From NCBI GenBank assembly GCA_963818365.1, contig CAWFRT010000005.1, positions 4,920 through 68,919 on the forward strand: a DNA stretch of 64,000 nt, in the 5' to 3' direction. Made by a program: the position numbers and the translations under genes. Position 1 is the first letter of the stretch, and every line of letters begins with the position of its first letter. Shown piece by piece: positions 18,991 to 28,209 of this stretch. This stretch comes from an uncultured Actinomycetota bacterium. Its GTDB lineage: Bacteria > Actinomycetota > Actinomycetes > Propionibacteriales > Nocardioidaceae. The notes under the pieces are model-generated. The model did not search any database, was not told where the DNA came from, and was given only the letters and a program-made list of their open reading frames with translations.

Positions 18991-19454
18991 TTGAGGCGCG
19001 CATACGAGGTCGCCAAGGCGGTGGCCACACTCATCCAGCCTGCATAAACCACGAGCCCCAGCCCTAGGCCAGGGGCAATTTGCCAAGCCAGGGCCACGAG
19101 CACCCAGGTCAATATGGCGGCCACCAAGAGACAGCCTGCGGCGGCCACCAGTTGGTGCGGGACATAAAAGAGATAGGCCCAGCCCAGGGCGAACGCCACG
19201 GAGACCACAAACACGCCCAGCATTGTGGTGGCAGTGTCCGGACCCTGGCGCGCTGACCAAACGCCAACGACGGCCAAGGCCAGGAAGTTCAGCGGCCAAA
19301 TCACCCCGAACACCACATCGGGTGGTTGGAACGACGGCTTCGACAAGGCGGCGTACCACCCTGGCTCGCTGGAGACCCACAGCGTCGAAAAGACAGCGTA
19401 GATAACGGTGACAGCAATGAAGCCGATGGCGAGGAGCGTCGAGCGATTCATCAC
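18987..19454 (-). CDS. tspO: TspO/MBR tryptophan-rich sensory protein
   Basis: WYAALSKPSFQPP, FGVIWP, five TM helices. Confidence 0.88.
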   Translation of the reverse strand: MMNRSTLLAIGFIAVTVIYAVFSTLWVSSEPGWYAALSKPSFQPPDVVFGVIWPLNFLALAVVGVWSARQGPDTATTMLGVFVVSVAFALGWAYLFYVPHQLVAAAGCLLVAAILTWVLVALAWQIAPGLGLGLVVYAGWMSVATALATSYARLN

Positions 19455-19498
19455 ACCACTCTGCCGGAGACGAACCAGCGGTCGACACCACGGTCCTA

Positions 19499-19557
19499 TT
19501 CAATCGATTGGTTGACTAAAAGGGAACCCCGTGATTGTATTCAACTCATCAGTTGAA
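19499..19557. promoter_or_regulatory. Two probable ArsR operators
   Basis: TTCAACT-CATC-AGTTGAA (19540-19557) and the related TTCAATCGATTGGTTGAC (19499-19516). Confidence 0.6.
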
Positions 19558-19581
19558 CTCGCGGCTTCAGGAGGCGCACCC

Positions 19582-19956
19582 ATGGGCGATGATTCGCTTT
19601 CGCGGATGTTCTCAGCATTAGCCGACCCGACTCGTCGCGATCTGGTGGCGCGCCTCACCACCGGTGACGCAACGGTCAATGAATTGGCCGCGCCGTACGA
19701 CGTGTCGCTCCAGGCGGTGTCTAAGCACATCAAGGTGCTACAGGAGGCCGGACTCGTGACCCGCAGTCGCGACGCCCAACGTCGACCGGTGCACCTTGAG
19801 GCCGAGGTTCTGGATCTCATGACGGGCTGGATCGAGCGCTATCGCCGTAAGGCGGAGGCCCAATACCAGCGACTTGACGTGGTTCTTGCCGAAATGGCCA
19901 CAACGGAAAACAACGACTTCGACAGCACCACTACCCACCAAGGAGCAGCATCATGA
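19582..19956 (+). CDS. ArsR/SmtB-family regulator
   Basis: FSALADPTRR, SLQAVSKHIKVLQEAGLV. Confidence 0.93.
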   Translation: MGDDSLSRMFSALADPTRRDLVARLTTGDATVNELAAPYDVSLQAVSKHIKVLQEAGLVTRSRDAQRRPVHLEAEVLDLMTGWIERYRRKAEAQYQRLDVVLAEMATTENNDFDSTTTHQGAAS

Positions 19957-20450
19957 ACACCACTGCGAGCACGGCGACCTCACCTCACACTCAAATCATC
20001 GTCAACCCGACGCTGCCGACGGTGGAGATCATCCGGGAATTTGACGCAGCCCCCGAACTGGTCTTCAAGGCCCACCTCGACCCTGAGTTGGTCGTGCAGT
20101 GGATGGGGCCTGATGATCTCACCAACGAAATCGACTATTGGGACGCCCGAGACGGCGGCAGTTGGCGCTACGTCGCGCGCCGCGGCGACGAGGCCTATTG
20201 GTTTCGGGGCTGCTTCCACGAAATCCGACCCAACCAACGGATCGTGCAGACCTTCATGTTTGAGGGCTACCCGGACGGTGTGGCGTTGGAATTCCTCAAC
20301 CTCGAGGCTCTTGAGGGTGGCCGCTGTCGCCTCCGCGCTGTGTCCCTGACCGATAGTTTCGAAGGCCGGGACGCCTTCGTCGCTAGCGGCATGGAATCCG
20401 GCGTTATCGCTGGTTATCTCAAGTTGGACCGGGTGCTCGCGGAGGGCTGA
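19953..20450 (+). CDS. SRPBCC/AHSA1-family ligand-binding protein
   Basis: REFDAAPELVFKAH, WMGP, GGSWRY; typical ArsR partner, 4-bp overlap. Confidence 0.9.
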   Translation: MNTTASTATSPHTQIIVNPTLPTVEIIREFDAAPELVFKAHLDPELVVQWMGPDDLTNEIDYWDARDGGSWRYVARRGDEAYWFRGCFHEIRPNQRIVQTFMFEGYPDGVALEFLNLEALEGGRCRLRAVSLTDSFEGRDAFVASGMESGVIAGYLKLDRVLAEG

Positions 20451-20507
20451 GCGTTACTTAGGGCCTAACCCGGTTGGCCCAAAGTGTAGTGACTTGCTAT
20501 TGTTAGG

Positions 20508-20606
20508 GCCGAGGGGAGTACTTCCCAACTCGTGCTCGGTCACTACGACGTCGCCATCGACGTCTCGGGCACGGACCCGCCAGCGCGGGTGAAGGAGACC
20601 TCAGGC
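20508..20606 (+). ncRNA. yybP-ykoY (Mn2+-sensing) riboswitch
   Basis: GGGGAGTA near the 5' end, GAGACC near the 3' end, closing GCCGAGG/CCTCAGGC pairing; directly upstream of a TerC/Alx gene. Confidence 0.75.
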
Positions 20607-20625
20607 GTCGACCTGAGGAGCCTTC

Positions 20626-21663
20626 ATGCTCTCTGCTGCAACCCCATCTGGCATCGATTCGATCGGCACCCCGTCGCTGTGGGCACTGATTATCGGCGCA
20701 GTTCTCGTGCTGCTCGCCGCAGACTTCGTCATCACGCGCAAACCCCACGAGGTCTCGATGGGCGAGGCCATCGGGTGGTCGGCGTTCTACGTCGCGCTCC
20801 CTCTTGCGTTTGGCGGCTACATCTGGCAGGTCTTCGGGGCCGAACGCGGTGTGGAATACCTCACGGGCTACGTCGTGGAGAAGTCGTTGAGTGTGGACAA
20901 CCTCTTTGTCTTCCTCCTCCTGCTCGGCGCCTTCGCCGTGCCACGTGAGCTGCAACAAAGGGTGCTGCTTTTCGGCATCATCGGTGCACTCGTGCTGAGG
21001 GGCATCTTCATCGCCCTAGGGGCGGCAGCCCTATCGGCGTTCGACTTTGTGTTCTTGATCTTTGGCGCAATCCTGATCGTCACCGGCCTCAAAATCCTCC
21101 GCGATGCGTGGCGGGGTCACGCACACGCCATTGACGTCGATTCGCTTCGCAGCGTCCGGCTGGTACGCCGGCTCATGCCGGTCACGGCTGACTATCGAGG
21201 CACGGCGTTGCTCACCCGCGTGGATGGACGCCGCGCGCTCACACCGCTGGCCTTGGTCGTGGTGGCGGTCCTCGCGACTGATGTTGTCTTCGCGGTGGAC
21301 TCGGTGCCTGCGGTCTATGGCATCACCGGTGATCCGTTCCTGGTTTTCGCCACTAACGCCTTTGCGCTGTTGGGCTTGCGGGCGTTGTACTTCGTGTTGG
21401 AGGGGGCGCTGAGCAAGTTGTCGCATCTCGGCTTTGGGTTGGCCGCGATCCTCGGGTTCATCGGCATCAAGCTGGGATTGCACTGGGGCCACCTGCAGTG
21501 GTCGAGCATCCCCGAGATCCCGACCGTCACCTCACTGTTGGTCATTGTTGGCATCTTGACCGTGACTGTCATGACCAGCCTGGTGGCCGACCGTCGGCGG
21601 ACTCGGCTAGAGGAGCGGGTGGGCGGAGACTTGAGCCCGTCGGAGGACCTCACGGGGCGTTAG
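20626..21663 (+). CDS. TerC/Alx-family membrane protein (Mn homeostasis)
   Basis: EKSLSVDNLF, DVVFAVDSVPA, TNAFALLGLRALYF. Confidence 0.93.
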   Translation: MLSAATPSGIDSIGTPSLWALIIGAVLVLLAADFVITRKPHEVSMGEAIGWSAFYVALPLAFGGYIWQVFGAERGVEYLTGYVVEKSLSVDNLFVFLLLLGAFAVPRELQQRVLLFGIIGALVLRGIFIALGAAALSAFDFVFLIFGAILIVTGLKILRDAWRGHAHAIDVDSLRSVRLVRRLMPVTADYRGTALLTRVDGRRALTPLALVVVAVLATDVVFAVDSVPAVYGITGDPFLVFATNAFALLGLRALYFVLEGALSKLSHLGFGLAAILGFIGIKLGLHWGHLQWSSIPEIPTVTSLLVIVGILTVTVMTSLVADRRRTRLEERVGGDLSPSEDLTGR

Positions 21664-22818
21664 TCCGAGCGCGGCTGCGGCTAGGACGATGTCGTCAAAC
21701 TCGGGCTCGGCGTTGACGACGCGCCCTTGGTGCCAGGCTCGCTTCACCCTGATTGGCTGAGCATCGACGTGGACCGTGACGATGTCTCTTGCGAGCACCG
21801 TCCGGTCGACTTGGTAGGTCCGTAGTCCGATGCTCGTGGTGGATTGAAAAACCAGATCCGTCAAACTGTCGATCCGCTCTGCGGGTGCGAGCACGTGAAG
21901 GGTGTGGGCCGGGCGACCCTTCTTCATCAGAATCGGAGTCAACCAGGCATCGGCTGCACCGGCGTCGAGCAGAGCCTGGATCGTGCCTGGCCAGAGGCGC
22001 GGGTCGAGGTCGTCGACGTTGGTTTCGAGGACGGTCATTGGGGCCAGGACGGTCACTGGCGCCTCGGCGGCCGCAGCGTCCCCAAGCGGTTCGCCGATCA
22101 CGAGTCGGCACACATTGGCGTGGCCCTCCGGGTCGGCACTGCCGGCGCCGATCCCGACGGTCGTGATGTCCATGGCCGGCATCGCGCCGAATCTTTCCGC
22201 CAACGTCACCAGCAGCGCCACGCCGGTGGGGGTGGCCAGCTCGATATCGACAGGCCCACCGCGGGCGGCCGCGCCCGAGGATCGCAATAGTTCGAGCACC
22301 GCCGGGCCAGGCACCCTCAGCAGGCCGTGTTGGGTTTGCACGCTGCCGCCACCGAGGGAGATGGGGCCGCCCACCACGCGGCGTACGCCCAAGTGCTCGA
22401 GTGCCACGAGGGTGCCGACAATGTCGGTCAGGCTGTCGAGGGCGCCGACCTCATGGAAGTGGACTAGGTGGGCGGCGATGCCATGGACTCGGCTCTCGGC
22501 GTCGGCCAGCAGTTGGAAGACCGCGATCGCCTGCGCAGTGACGGTTGTGGACAGGGCGGCGGCTTCGATTAGGTCGATGATCTCGCCCAATCGACGGGGC
22601 CGGCTGGAAGGCTGGGTTTCTACGAGCGCGTGAGTGGCGCGGAACTCGCCGCGGCGTACGTCGTCGGCAGTGACGGAAACCTGATCGCCCAGCCCGACGG
22701 CGTGCAGCGCGTCGATGACAACCGAGATCGGGGCGCCGGCATCGAGGCAGGCCCCAAGCAGCATGTCGCCGCTGACGCCACCGCGGGAGTCGATCCAGGC
22801 GACCAGTCCGTCAGCCAT
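21607..22818 (-). CDS. larC: LarC nickel-insertion protein (nickel-pincer cofactor)
   Basis: GVSGDMLLGA, HFHEVGALDS, ELATPTG, ETNVDD, MKKGRP, TTSIGLR, PEFDD. Confidence 0.93.
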   Translation of the reverse strand: MADGLVAWIDSRGGVSGDMLLGACLDAGAPISVVIDALHAVGLGDQVSVTADDVRRGEFRATHALVETQPSSRPRRLGEIIDLIEAAALSTTVTAQAIAVFQLLADAESRVHGIAAHLVHFHEVGALDSLTDIVGTLVALEHLGVRRVVGGPISLGGGSVQTQHGLLRVPGPAVLELLRSSGAAARGGPVDIELATPTGVALLVTLAERFGAMPAMDITTVGIGAGSADPEGHANVCRLVIGEPLGDAAAAEAPVTVLAPMTVLETNVDDLDPRLWPGTIQALLDAGAADAWLTPILMKKGRPAHTLHVLAPAERIDSLTDLVFQSTTSIGLRTYQVDRTVLARDIVTVHVDAQPIRVKRAWHQGRVVNAEPEFDDIVLAAAALGLTPREVLRRAQVSAHPLL

Positions 22819-23647
22819 GGGCGCGGCTTGCGCTGGCTTGATTCATCGACCCCGAGCGGAAACCCATCGGGTCTACTTCGACCCGATCAAAGCCCAAGAT
22901 GGTCGCGGTGATGGCCGGAAAGGCAGCCAGGGCTGGCACCAGGGCTAGGTCAATCTCGACCTTGGCCACCGCGCCGAGGTCGCGGACGCGGAGGTTGCGC
23001 ACCGGCAAACCTGCCGCCAGACAGGCCTGTCGTAGGTCGTGTTCGGCGCGTTCGACCCGGCCGAGTCGGGCGGGGGTGATGGTTAGGCCATAGGCAATTC
23101 GGCTCGAAAGACAAGCGGCGGCCGGTTTGTCGGCCGTGGTCAGCCCCCAATCCCGGGAGGCCTCGCGGACCTGCGCCTTGGTGAGCCCAGCGTCGCGAAG
23201 TGGCGTGATTGCCCCGCGCTGGGCGGCCGCCCTGATCCCTGGCCGAAATGGATCAACGGCGTCGTCGGCGTTCGTTCCGGTCGCGACTGCGTTGAGATTG
23301 AGCTGGGCGGCGAGCGGAGCGAGGATGTCGAGGAGCTCGGCCTTGCAGTGAAAGCATCGGTCGGGGCCGTTGGCGCGATAGCCCTCGCGTGACATTTCGT
23401 GCGTGGCCGGGGTCAGGTGACGCACACCGAGGCTGGCGGCGTACTTCGTGGCGTCAGCCAGCTCGGTGGCCGGGAGCGAGGAACTGACTGCAGTCGCCGC
23501 GACGACGAGGTCTGGGCCGAGGGCGCGGACGGCGGCGGCCAGGAGAAAGGCAGAATCTGCGCCGCCCGAGAATGCGATCAGGAGTGATCCGGACGCCCGG
23601 AGCCCCACGTCGAGCGTCGCCAACTGGTCGTGCAGAGCGGTCTTCAC
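22811..23647 (-). CDS. larE: LarE ATP-dependent sulfur transferase
   Basis: AFSGGADS PP-loop, RCFHCK, GTNADD, RPG, ACLSSR; GTGA overlap with larB. Confidence 0.92.
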   Translation of the reverse strand: MKTALHDQLATLDVGLRASGSLLIAFSGGADSAFLLAAAVRALGPDLVVAATAVSSSLPATELADATKYAASLGVRHLTPATHEMSREGYRANGPDRCFHCKAELLDILAPLAAQLNLNAVATGTNADDAVDPFRPGIRAAAQRGAITPLRDAGLTKAQVREASRDWGLTTADKPAAACLSSRIAYGLTITPARLGRVERAEHDLRQACLAAGLPVRNLRVRDLGAVAKVEIDLALVPALAAFPAITATILGFDRVEVDPMGFRSGSMNQASASRAHG

Positions 23648-24303
23648 GAAGCGTCCCGAGCATGCTTCAAGATGCGGATGGCCGCACACGCGGCGCCAAA
23701 GCCGTTGTCGATCCCGACCACGGTGATGCCCGGGCTGCAGGACGCGAGCATGCCAAGAAGTGCGGTGATTCCCTCAAGCCCAGAGCCATAACCCGTGCTG
23801 GTCGGGACCGCGATGATGGGCGCGCGGGTGAGGCCGGCAACCACGCTGGCGAGGGCTCCCTCCATGCCAGCCAGCACGATCACTACCTCGGCGGCGTCGA
23901 GGTGTGCTTGATGGGACAAGACTCGGTGGAGGCCTGCCACGCCAACATCAGCGATCAGTTCGGTGGCGAAGCCATAGGCCGCGAGGACGGCTTGAGTCTC
24001 GTGGGCAATCGGCAGATCAGCGGTGCCTGCGGTCAGCAGGGTGACATTGCCAGCTTGGCTGGCGGCTGGTCGCCAAGTCAGTGTCGCGAGCGAGCCGCCG
24101 ATGATGGTCGAGCCAGGGTTGATCGCCTGGGCGGCTTTGGATTGAGGCTCATCGGCCCGGGTGAGGAGGACCGGACCCGTGGTTTGTGCGAGTAACCCGC
24201 TGACCGCGGCGGCGCATTGTTCCGGAGTCTTGCCGGGAGCATAAACCGCCTCGGCAAGGTTCGTTCGTCCCTCGCGGGTCGGATCGAGGTGCAACTCGGG
24301 CAT
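23644..24303 (-). CDS. larB: LarB (PurE-like carboxylase/hydrolase)
   Basis: EAVYAPGKT, TAGTADLP, DVGVAGLHR, AGMEGAL, PTSTGYG, NGFGAA. Confidence 0.93.
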   Translation of the reverse strand: MPELHLDPTREGRTNLAEAVYAPGKTPEQCAAAVSGLLAQTTGPVLLTRADEPQSKAAQAINPGSTIIGGSLATLTWRPAASQAGNVTLLTAGTADLPIAHETQAVLAAYGFATELIADVGVAGLHRVLSHQAHLDAAEVVIVLAGMEGALASVVAGLTRAPIIAVPTSTGYGSGLEGITALLGMLASCSPGITVVGIDNGFGAACAAIRILKHARDAS

Positions 24304-24347
24304 GAGCCCATGGTGCCCTAGATCGATCGGCACGGGCCGGGCGAGCC

Positions 24348-24842
24348 TCACTGATCCGCGTCTAGTCGGACACAGTCGCCACACCGGCGTTCATGTCGCG
24401 CCGTCACCTGACAACACGTCGTACGCCGAAAAGTGGGGCCGAGCTCGCCAGTCCACGCGTCTGCCAAAGGTCTGCTCAGGAGCGCGTTGGTCGCGACGGC
24501 GAAGATGCGCGCGGTGTGTTCTGGGACTTCTTGGGCGAGGATCCCAGCACTCGAGGCGATCACCGAGGCCAGGTTTCCCCACAGAATTGGCTGCGTTAGG
24601 GTCCCGCGACTGGCTGTGGTCACGAGGTCGGTGAGCGGCCCGGAGACAGCCTTTTCGAGGGCCAGCGGATCTCCTGTTATGGCCGCTCGCAGAGCAGGCA
24701 GCACGATGGTGCCGGCTGCTTGGAGCGTGACGAGTGATTCGGCTGCCCCCTGTTTGATGTCGTCCACCGGCGTGTCGGTGAGCTGAGCGAGGGCGATGCG
24801 CTTGCGCGCGGCGCTGGCCAGGAAGGTCGCCAGATCGCTCAA
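24348..24842 (-). CDS. FhuF-like (2Fe-2S)-binding protein
   Basis: C-terminal RRTTCC-x10-CGDC motif. Confidence 0.72.
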   Translation of the reverse strand: MSDLATFLASAARKRIALAQLTDTPVDDIKQGAAESLVTLQAAGTIVLPALRAAITGDPLALEKAVSGPLTDLVTTASRGTLTQPILWGNLASVIASSAGILAQEVPEHTARIFAVATNALLSRPLADAWTGELGPTFRRTTCCQVTARHERRCGDCVRLDADQ

Positions 24843-25675
24843 GCCAGGATGTCCTGGAGATTGTGGGGAGTTTCTGCGCGGGCGAACGCGCGGCGGACAA
24901 GTTCACCGAAGACCAGCCCGAGGATCAGCCAGGTGATCAGGTGCAGTCCCAGCGAATACAGGCGGAAGTCGTAAAGGAGATCTGCCGGGAACCCGGGAAA
25001 GACGATGGTGCCCGCGTCGTCGGTCAGCGGAAGCGGGGTCTCGGTGGTTCTTGTGAGGCCGCTCATTGAGCCCGTGGTGGGGAAGAGGACCAACATTGCC
25101 GTCGCGCCTGCGAACCAAGTGGCCGCGCCGGCGAGGAGGCCGTTCGGCGTGGTGGATCGCTGCATCATTCGTCGGGCCACCCACACTGCGACCACCATCA
25201 GGGCCACCGAGGCAATGACGAGCAGCAAGTAGTAGCCACCTCGTGGTCGTGCGGTTTCGTCGAGCGAGACCGCTGGCGGATTGGCTGGGTATTTCAAGAA
25301 CGGCAGCAGATTTATCGCCACGAAGCCGGCGAGGGCAAGCAGGAACGCCAGGGCTTGGGGCGACACCTTCTCGAAGCGGCCAAGGCAGCCGGCATACACC
25401 ACTGAGAAGACTGCCCCCAGCGCGACGGCGTACCCAATGACGCCGACGGCGAGTCCCCAACCCGCTTGAGTGGCGCGACTGACGACAGCTTCTTCGCCGT
25501 GGGAATGGCCAGACTCTTGGGCGTGGGCCAGGGCGCTTTCGGCCGCAGCCCGGCCGGACTCAAAGTTGATGGCCTGGCCGATCAGTGGCTCGCCAACGAA
25601 GCGGGCATAACCGAAAGCAATCAGGCCAGCGACGAGGCCGGCCGCGAGACCATTGAGGACGAGGCGGCGTTCCAT
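24839..25675 (-). CDS. cbtA: CbtA putative cobalt transporter subunit
   Basis: GEPLIGQAINFE, HSH, LKYPANPPAV, DLLYDFRLYS. Confidence 0.9.
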   Translation of the reverse strand: MERRLVLNGLAAGLVAGLIAFGYARFVGEPLIGQAINFESGRAAAESALAHAQESGHSHGEEAVVSRATQAGWGLAVGVIGYAVALGAVFSVVYAGCLGRFEKVSPQALAFLLALAGFVAINLLPFLKYPANPPAVSLDETARPRGGYYLLLVIASVALMVVAVWVARRMMQRSTTPNGLLAGAATWFAGATAMLVLFPTTGSMSGLTRTTETPLPLTDDAGTIVFPGFPADLLYDFRLYSLGLHLITWLILGLVFGELVRRAFARAETPHNLQDILA

Positions 25676-25699
25676 TGGGCTATCCCCAGTGGTGGATGC

Positions 25700-25936
25700 T
25701 CAGTGACACGGGAAACCGAGGCTGTGGCGAGCGTCATGGAAGAGTTCGTGCAGCAGCAGCCCGTCACCGGTCACCGAGACGGAGCCCTGGTCGATACCAA
25801 GGAAGTAGATCGCGGCGATGCCCATCAAGAGCGCTCCCATGAACCACAGGCCGGTGATGGTGAGTGAGATCGGGCGGGCGCCGGCCCTGACGTTGAGTGG
25901 GCTGCTGGCTGCGGCTGACGGAGAGCTGGGGGGCAC
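25700..25936 (-). CDS. cbtB: CbtB putative cobalt transporter subunit
   Basis: One TM followed by HELFHDARHSLGFPCH. Confidence 0.92.
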   Translation of the reverse strand: MPPSSPSAAASSPLNVRAGARPISLTITGLWFMGALLMGIAAIYFLGIDQGSVSVTGDGLLLHELFHDARHSLGFPCH

Positions 25937-25976
25937 GTTTCACTCCTTCGAGGCGTAAGTATTATGAGAAACGTAC

Positions 25977-25992
25977 CTCTCCTATAGTAGAT
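25977..25992. promoter_or_regulatory. Candidate operator, copy 1 (cbtB/osmC-like divergence)
   Basis: CTCTCCTATAGTAGAT, 11/16 to GTTTACTATAGTAAAC. Confidence 0.45.
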
Positions 25993-26016
25993 TCGTCCAG
26001 AGCGGAGGAGGGGCTT

Positions 26017-26421
26017 GTGTCCGAACGAGTTGTCAGTGCGACGTGGTCGCCGGGACCGCTGAACACCACCGTGGAATTCGACACGCGGCAGACGATGCTT
26101 GTTGACGAGCCAGTCTCTGTGGGTGGGACGGGAATGGGCCCGCAGCCAACGGATCTCTTCATCGCATCGGTGGCGTCGTGCTTCACGTTGGCCTTGGTGT
26201 ACGCCGCGGGGAAGGCAGGCTTGTCGCTGACCTCAGTGGAGGTCGTGGTGACCGGCACCTATGCCGGACCACGTTTCTCCGAGATTGCCATCCATGCCGA
26301 GCTGGGCGGCGTACCCACTAGCGAGCGGGACGCCTTGGTCGCCTCCGCCGAGCGCTATTGCTATGTGACCAACACCCTCCGTCGCCCCCCAACGGTCACC
26401 ACCACCTCCACCTCCCGCTGA
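26017..26421 (+). CDS. OsmC-like family protein
   Basis: VDEPVSVGGTGMGPQPTDLFIASVASCF, ERYCYVTNTL. Confidence 0.85.
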   Translation: MSERVVSATWSPGPLNTTVEFDTRQTMLVDEPVSVGGTGMGPQPTDLFIASVASCFTLALVYAAGKAGLSLTSVEVVVTGTYAGPRFSEIAIHAELGGVPTSERDALVASAERYCYVTNTLRRPPTVTTTSTSR

Positions 26422-26513
26422 GGAGTCACGCAGATCCGGCGAGGCGTCACGTAAACCCGGCGAGGAGTCACGCAGATCCGGCGAGGCGTCACGTAAACCC
26501 GGCGAGCCGTCAC
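26420..26513 (+). repeat. 21-bp periodic array (ABAB plus half unit)
   Basis: GAGGAGTCACGCAGATCCGGC alternating with GAGGCGTCACGTAAACCCGGC. Confidence 0.9.
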
Positions 26514-26727
26514 CGTCGGATCGGCCGGCATGCCTGAACTGCTCAATGTCTGCTGATGTCGGGCCGCCAGACTTCCTTTAGCGCGAGCCAATCAACTGAC
26601 ATGGGCCATCCGCTGGTAGTCCGGATCGGGGTTTGTTGCAGGGAGGCCGGCTCGGCTGCAACAAGTCTGCAACGGCGCCGAGTTGGATGAATTCATCTCG
26701 GCTCCCCATCCCCCATGGAGGCGCACC

Positions 26728-27179
26728 ATGAGCAAAGTCGTTGTTGATACCGCAATTAGTGACGCCTCGTTGGGTTTACGTGACTCCTCGCCGGGTCTGC
26801 GTGAGCCTCGGCGGGTTTGCGTGACGCCTCGCCGGATCTGCGTGACGCCTCGCCGGGTGAGGCGTTGGCGAGCGTGCACTACTTGGCGGAGCGGCCATGC
26901 CGCTGTCGGTTCGCGCGGGATACGCAGGTGCACCACGATCAGTTGCTGCGCATCGCCAGCGATGGCGACGCCTTCTTCGAGTTGATGGAGTTGGCGGTCA
27001 CCTGGGGCGAGTTGGACTACTCCGAAATGCCGGTGATTCCGCCCAATCGGTGGCTTGAGTTCGTCGACTCCCACATGTGGGCCGATGGCGAGAAGGCCGA
27101 ACGAATGCTCGCCCTTGCCACCGATGTCGCGCTGGGTTCGGCACGCGCAACGGCTCGCCTGGAGCGGTCCGGCAGCTGA
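26728..27179 (+). CDS. Hypothetical protein with the repeat array in its 5' region; probably frameshifted, or starting near 26928
   Basis: GGAGG RBS and ATG at 26728; protein-like C-terminus (VHYLAERPCRC...LAVTWGELDYS) is in the -1 frame. Confidence 0.5.
26759..26856 (-). repeat. 21-bp periodic array, inverted relative to 26420-26513
   Basis: Five GTGAC(T/G)CCTC-type cores at 21-bp spacing; one unit (GTGAGCCTC) is 1 bp short. Confidence 0.88.
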
Positions 27180-27195
27180 CGTCGTACGCCGAAAC

Positions 27196-28179
27196 TCAAA
27201 CTAAGCCGGTGACCGTCTCCCGGTTGAGATCCAGCACCTCAACGCAATGACCCGCCGAAGCAAGGCCGATCAATCCCGAATCATCAACAACGCCGATCAC
27301 CTCGGCAGTGAGGTCACGCTGGTGGAACGCCTCGCGACAAGCGTCAACCTGTTCAACCGGGGTCGTCAGCAAGAACGCGTAGTTGGGGAAACAGGTCAGC
27401 CAGCGCGTCAACTCGACCCCATCCGGCACCGGCAAGGCGTCGAGGTCGACCCGGCAGCCATAGCGCCCGTGCTCCAAGAGCATCGCCAGGGAGCCCACGA
27501 GGCCGGCCATGCTGACGTCTTTGGCCGCCACCGCGGACCCCGACTCGGCGACCTCGGCCAACAATCGGATATCACCCGCGGCCTGCTCGGCGCGCTGGCG
27601 GAACCCCGCAAAGAACGGAAAGTCCGGCCGCATTTCGCCGACCAGCGAGCACGCCAAGATGACCGCGTGACCGGGCCGAACGTGAGTCATCGACAAGACC
27701 GCCTCCGCCCGGCCGAGCCCAAAGGCAGACAACGCAGGTGGACCGTCGGAGCGAGTCAGGTGCCCGCCGAGCAGCGGCACGTCATACAACTCGCAGCCGT
27801 AGCGAATTCCCCGCAAGATCTCACGGGCAGTCGTCTCGTTAGCCACGATGGTGTTCACGATGCCGGTCGGCCGCGCGCCCATCGCGGCCAGGTCGTTGAC
27901 GTTGGTCAGCACGGCCGCGATGCCGGCCCCGAACGGGTCGTGGGCGACAAAAGACGGCAACAGGGCCTCCCCGCAGGCCACCACAAACGAGTCATCAAAA
28001 GCAATTGCGGCACCGTCATCGCCGGGTCCGGTCAGCCAGTCGGATTTGTCGAAAACCTCCGAGACCAGGCCGATCGCCTGCTTGTCGCGGAGGCCGGCGT
28101 ACGCCGTCACGGTGGCAACTAGTTCGGTCAGTTGTGCGGCGCTGAGCCCGGGCCTCGAGGTGGTTCGGTCGCGTTGCAT
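27196..28179 (-). CDS. AIR synthase/selenophosphate synthetase-like protein (Sll0787/MSMEG_0567/NitF type); start uncertain
   Basis: GDDGAAI, TNVNDLAAMG, GGHL, KDVSMAG. Confidence 0.85.
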   Translation of the reverse strand: MQRDRTTSRPGLSAAQLTELVATVTAYAGLRDKQAIGLVSEVFDKSDWLTGPGDDGAAIAFDDSFVVACGEALLPSFVAHDPFGAGIAAVLTNVNDLAAMGARPTGIVNTIVANETTAREILRGIRYGCELYDVPLLGGHLTRSDGPPALSAFGLGRAEAVLSMTHVRPGHAVILACSLVGEMRPDFPFFAGFRQRAEQAAGDIRLLAEVAESGSAVAAKDVSMAGLVGSLAMLLEHGRYGCRVDLDALPVPDGVELTRWLTCFPNYAFLLTTPVEQVDACREAFHQRDLTAEVIGVVDDSGLIGLASAGHCVEVLDLNRETVTGLV

Positions 28180-28188
28180 ATAGGAAAC
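28173..28188. promoter_or_regulatory. Candidate operator, copy 2 (AIR synthase-like/comA divergence)
   Basis: GTTGCATATAGGAAAC, 12/16 to consensus. Confidence 0.5.
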
Positions 28189-28209
28189 GATAGATTTAGG
28201 ATCCGACAC

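Noticed and set aside
25936-26017. Cobalamin riboswitch upstream of cbtB
   Set aside because: The gap is only about 80 bp and no B12-box-like sequence is recognisable
27196-28209. Selenium utilisation via SelD
   Set aside because: The protein matches the Nit1C AIR-synthase-like type; no in-frame TGA, selA/selB or tRNA-Sec is visible
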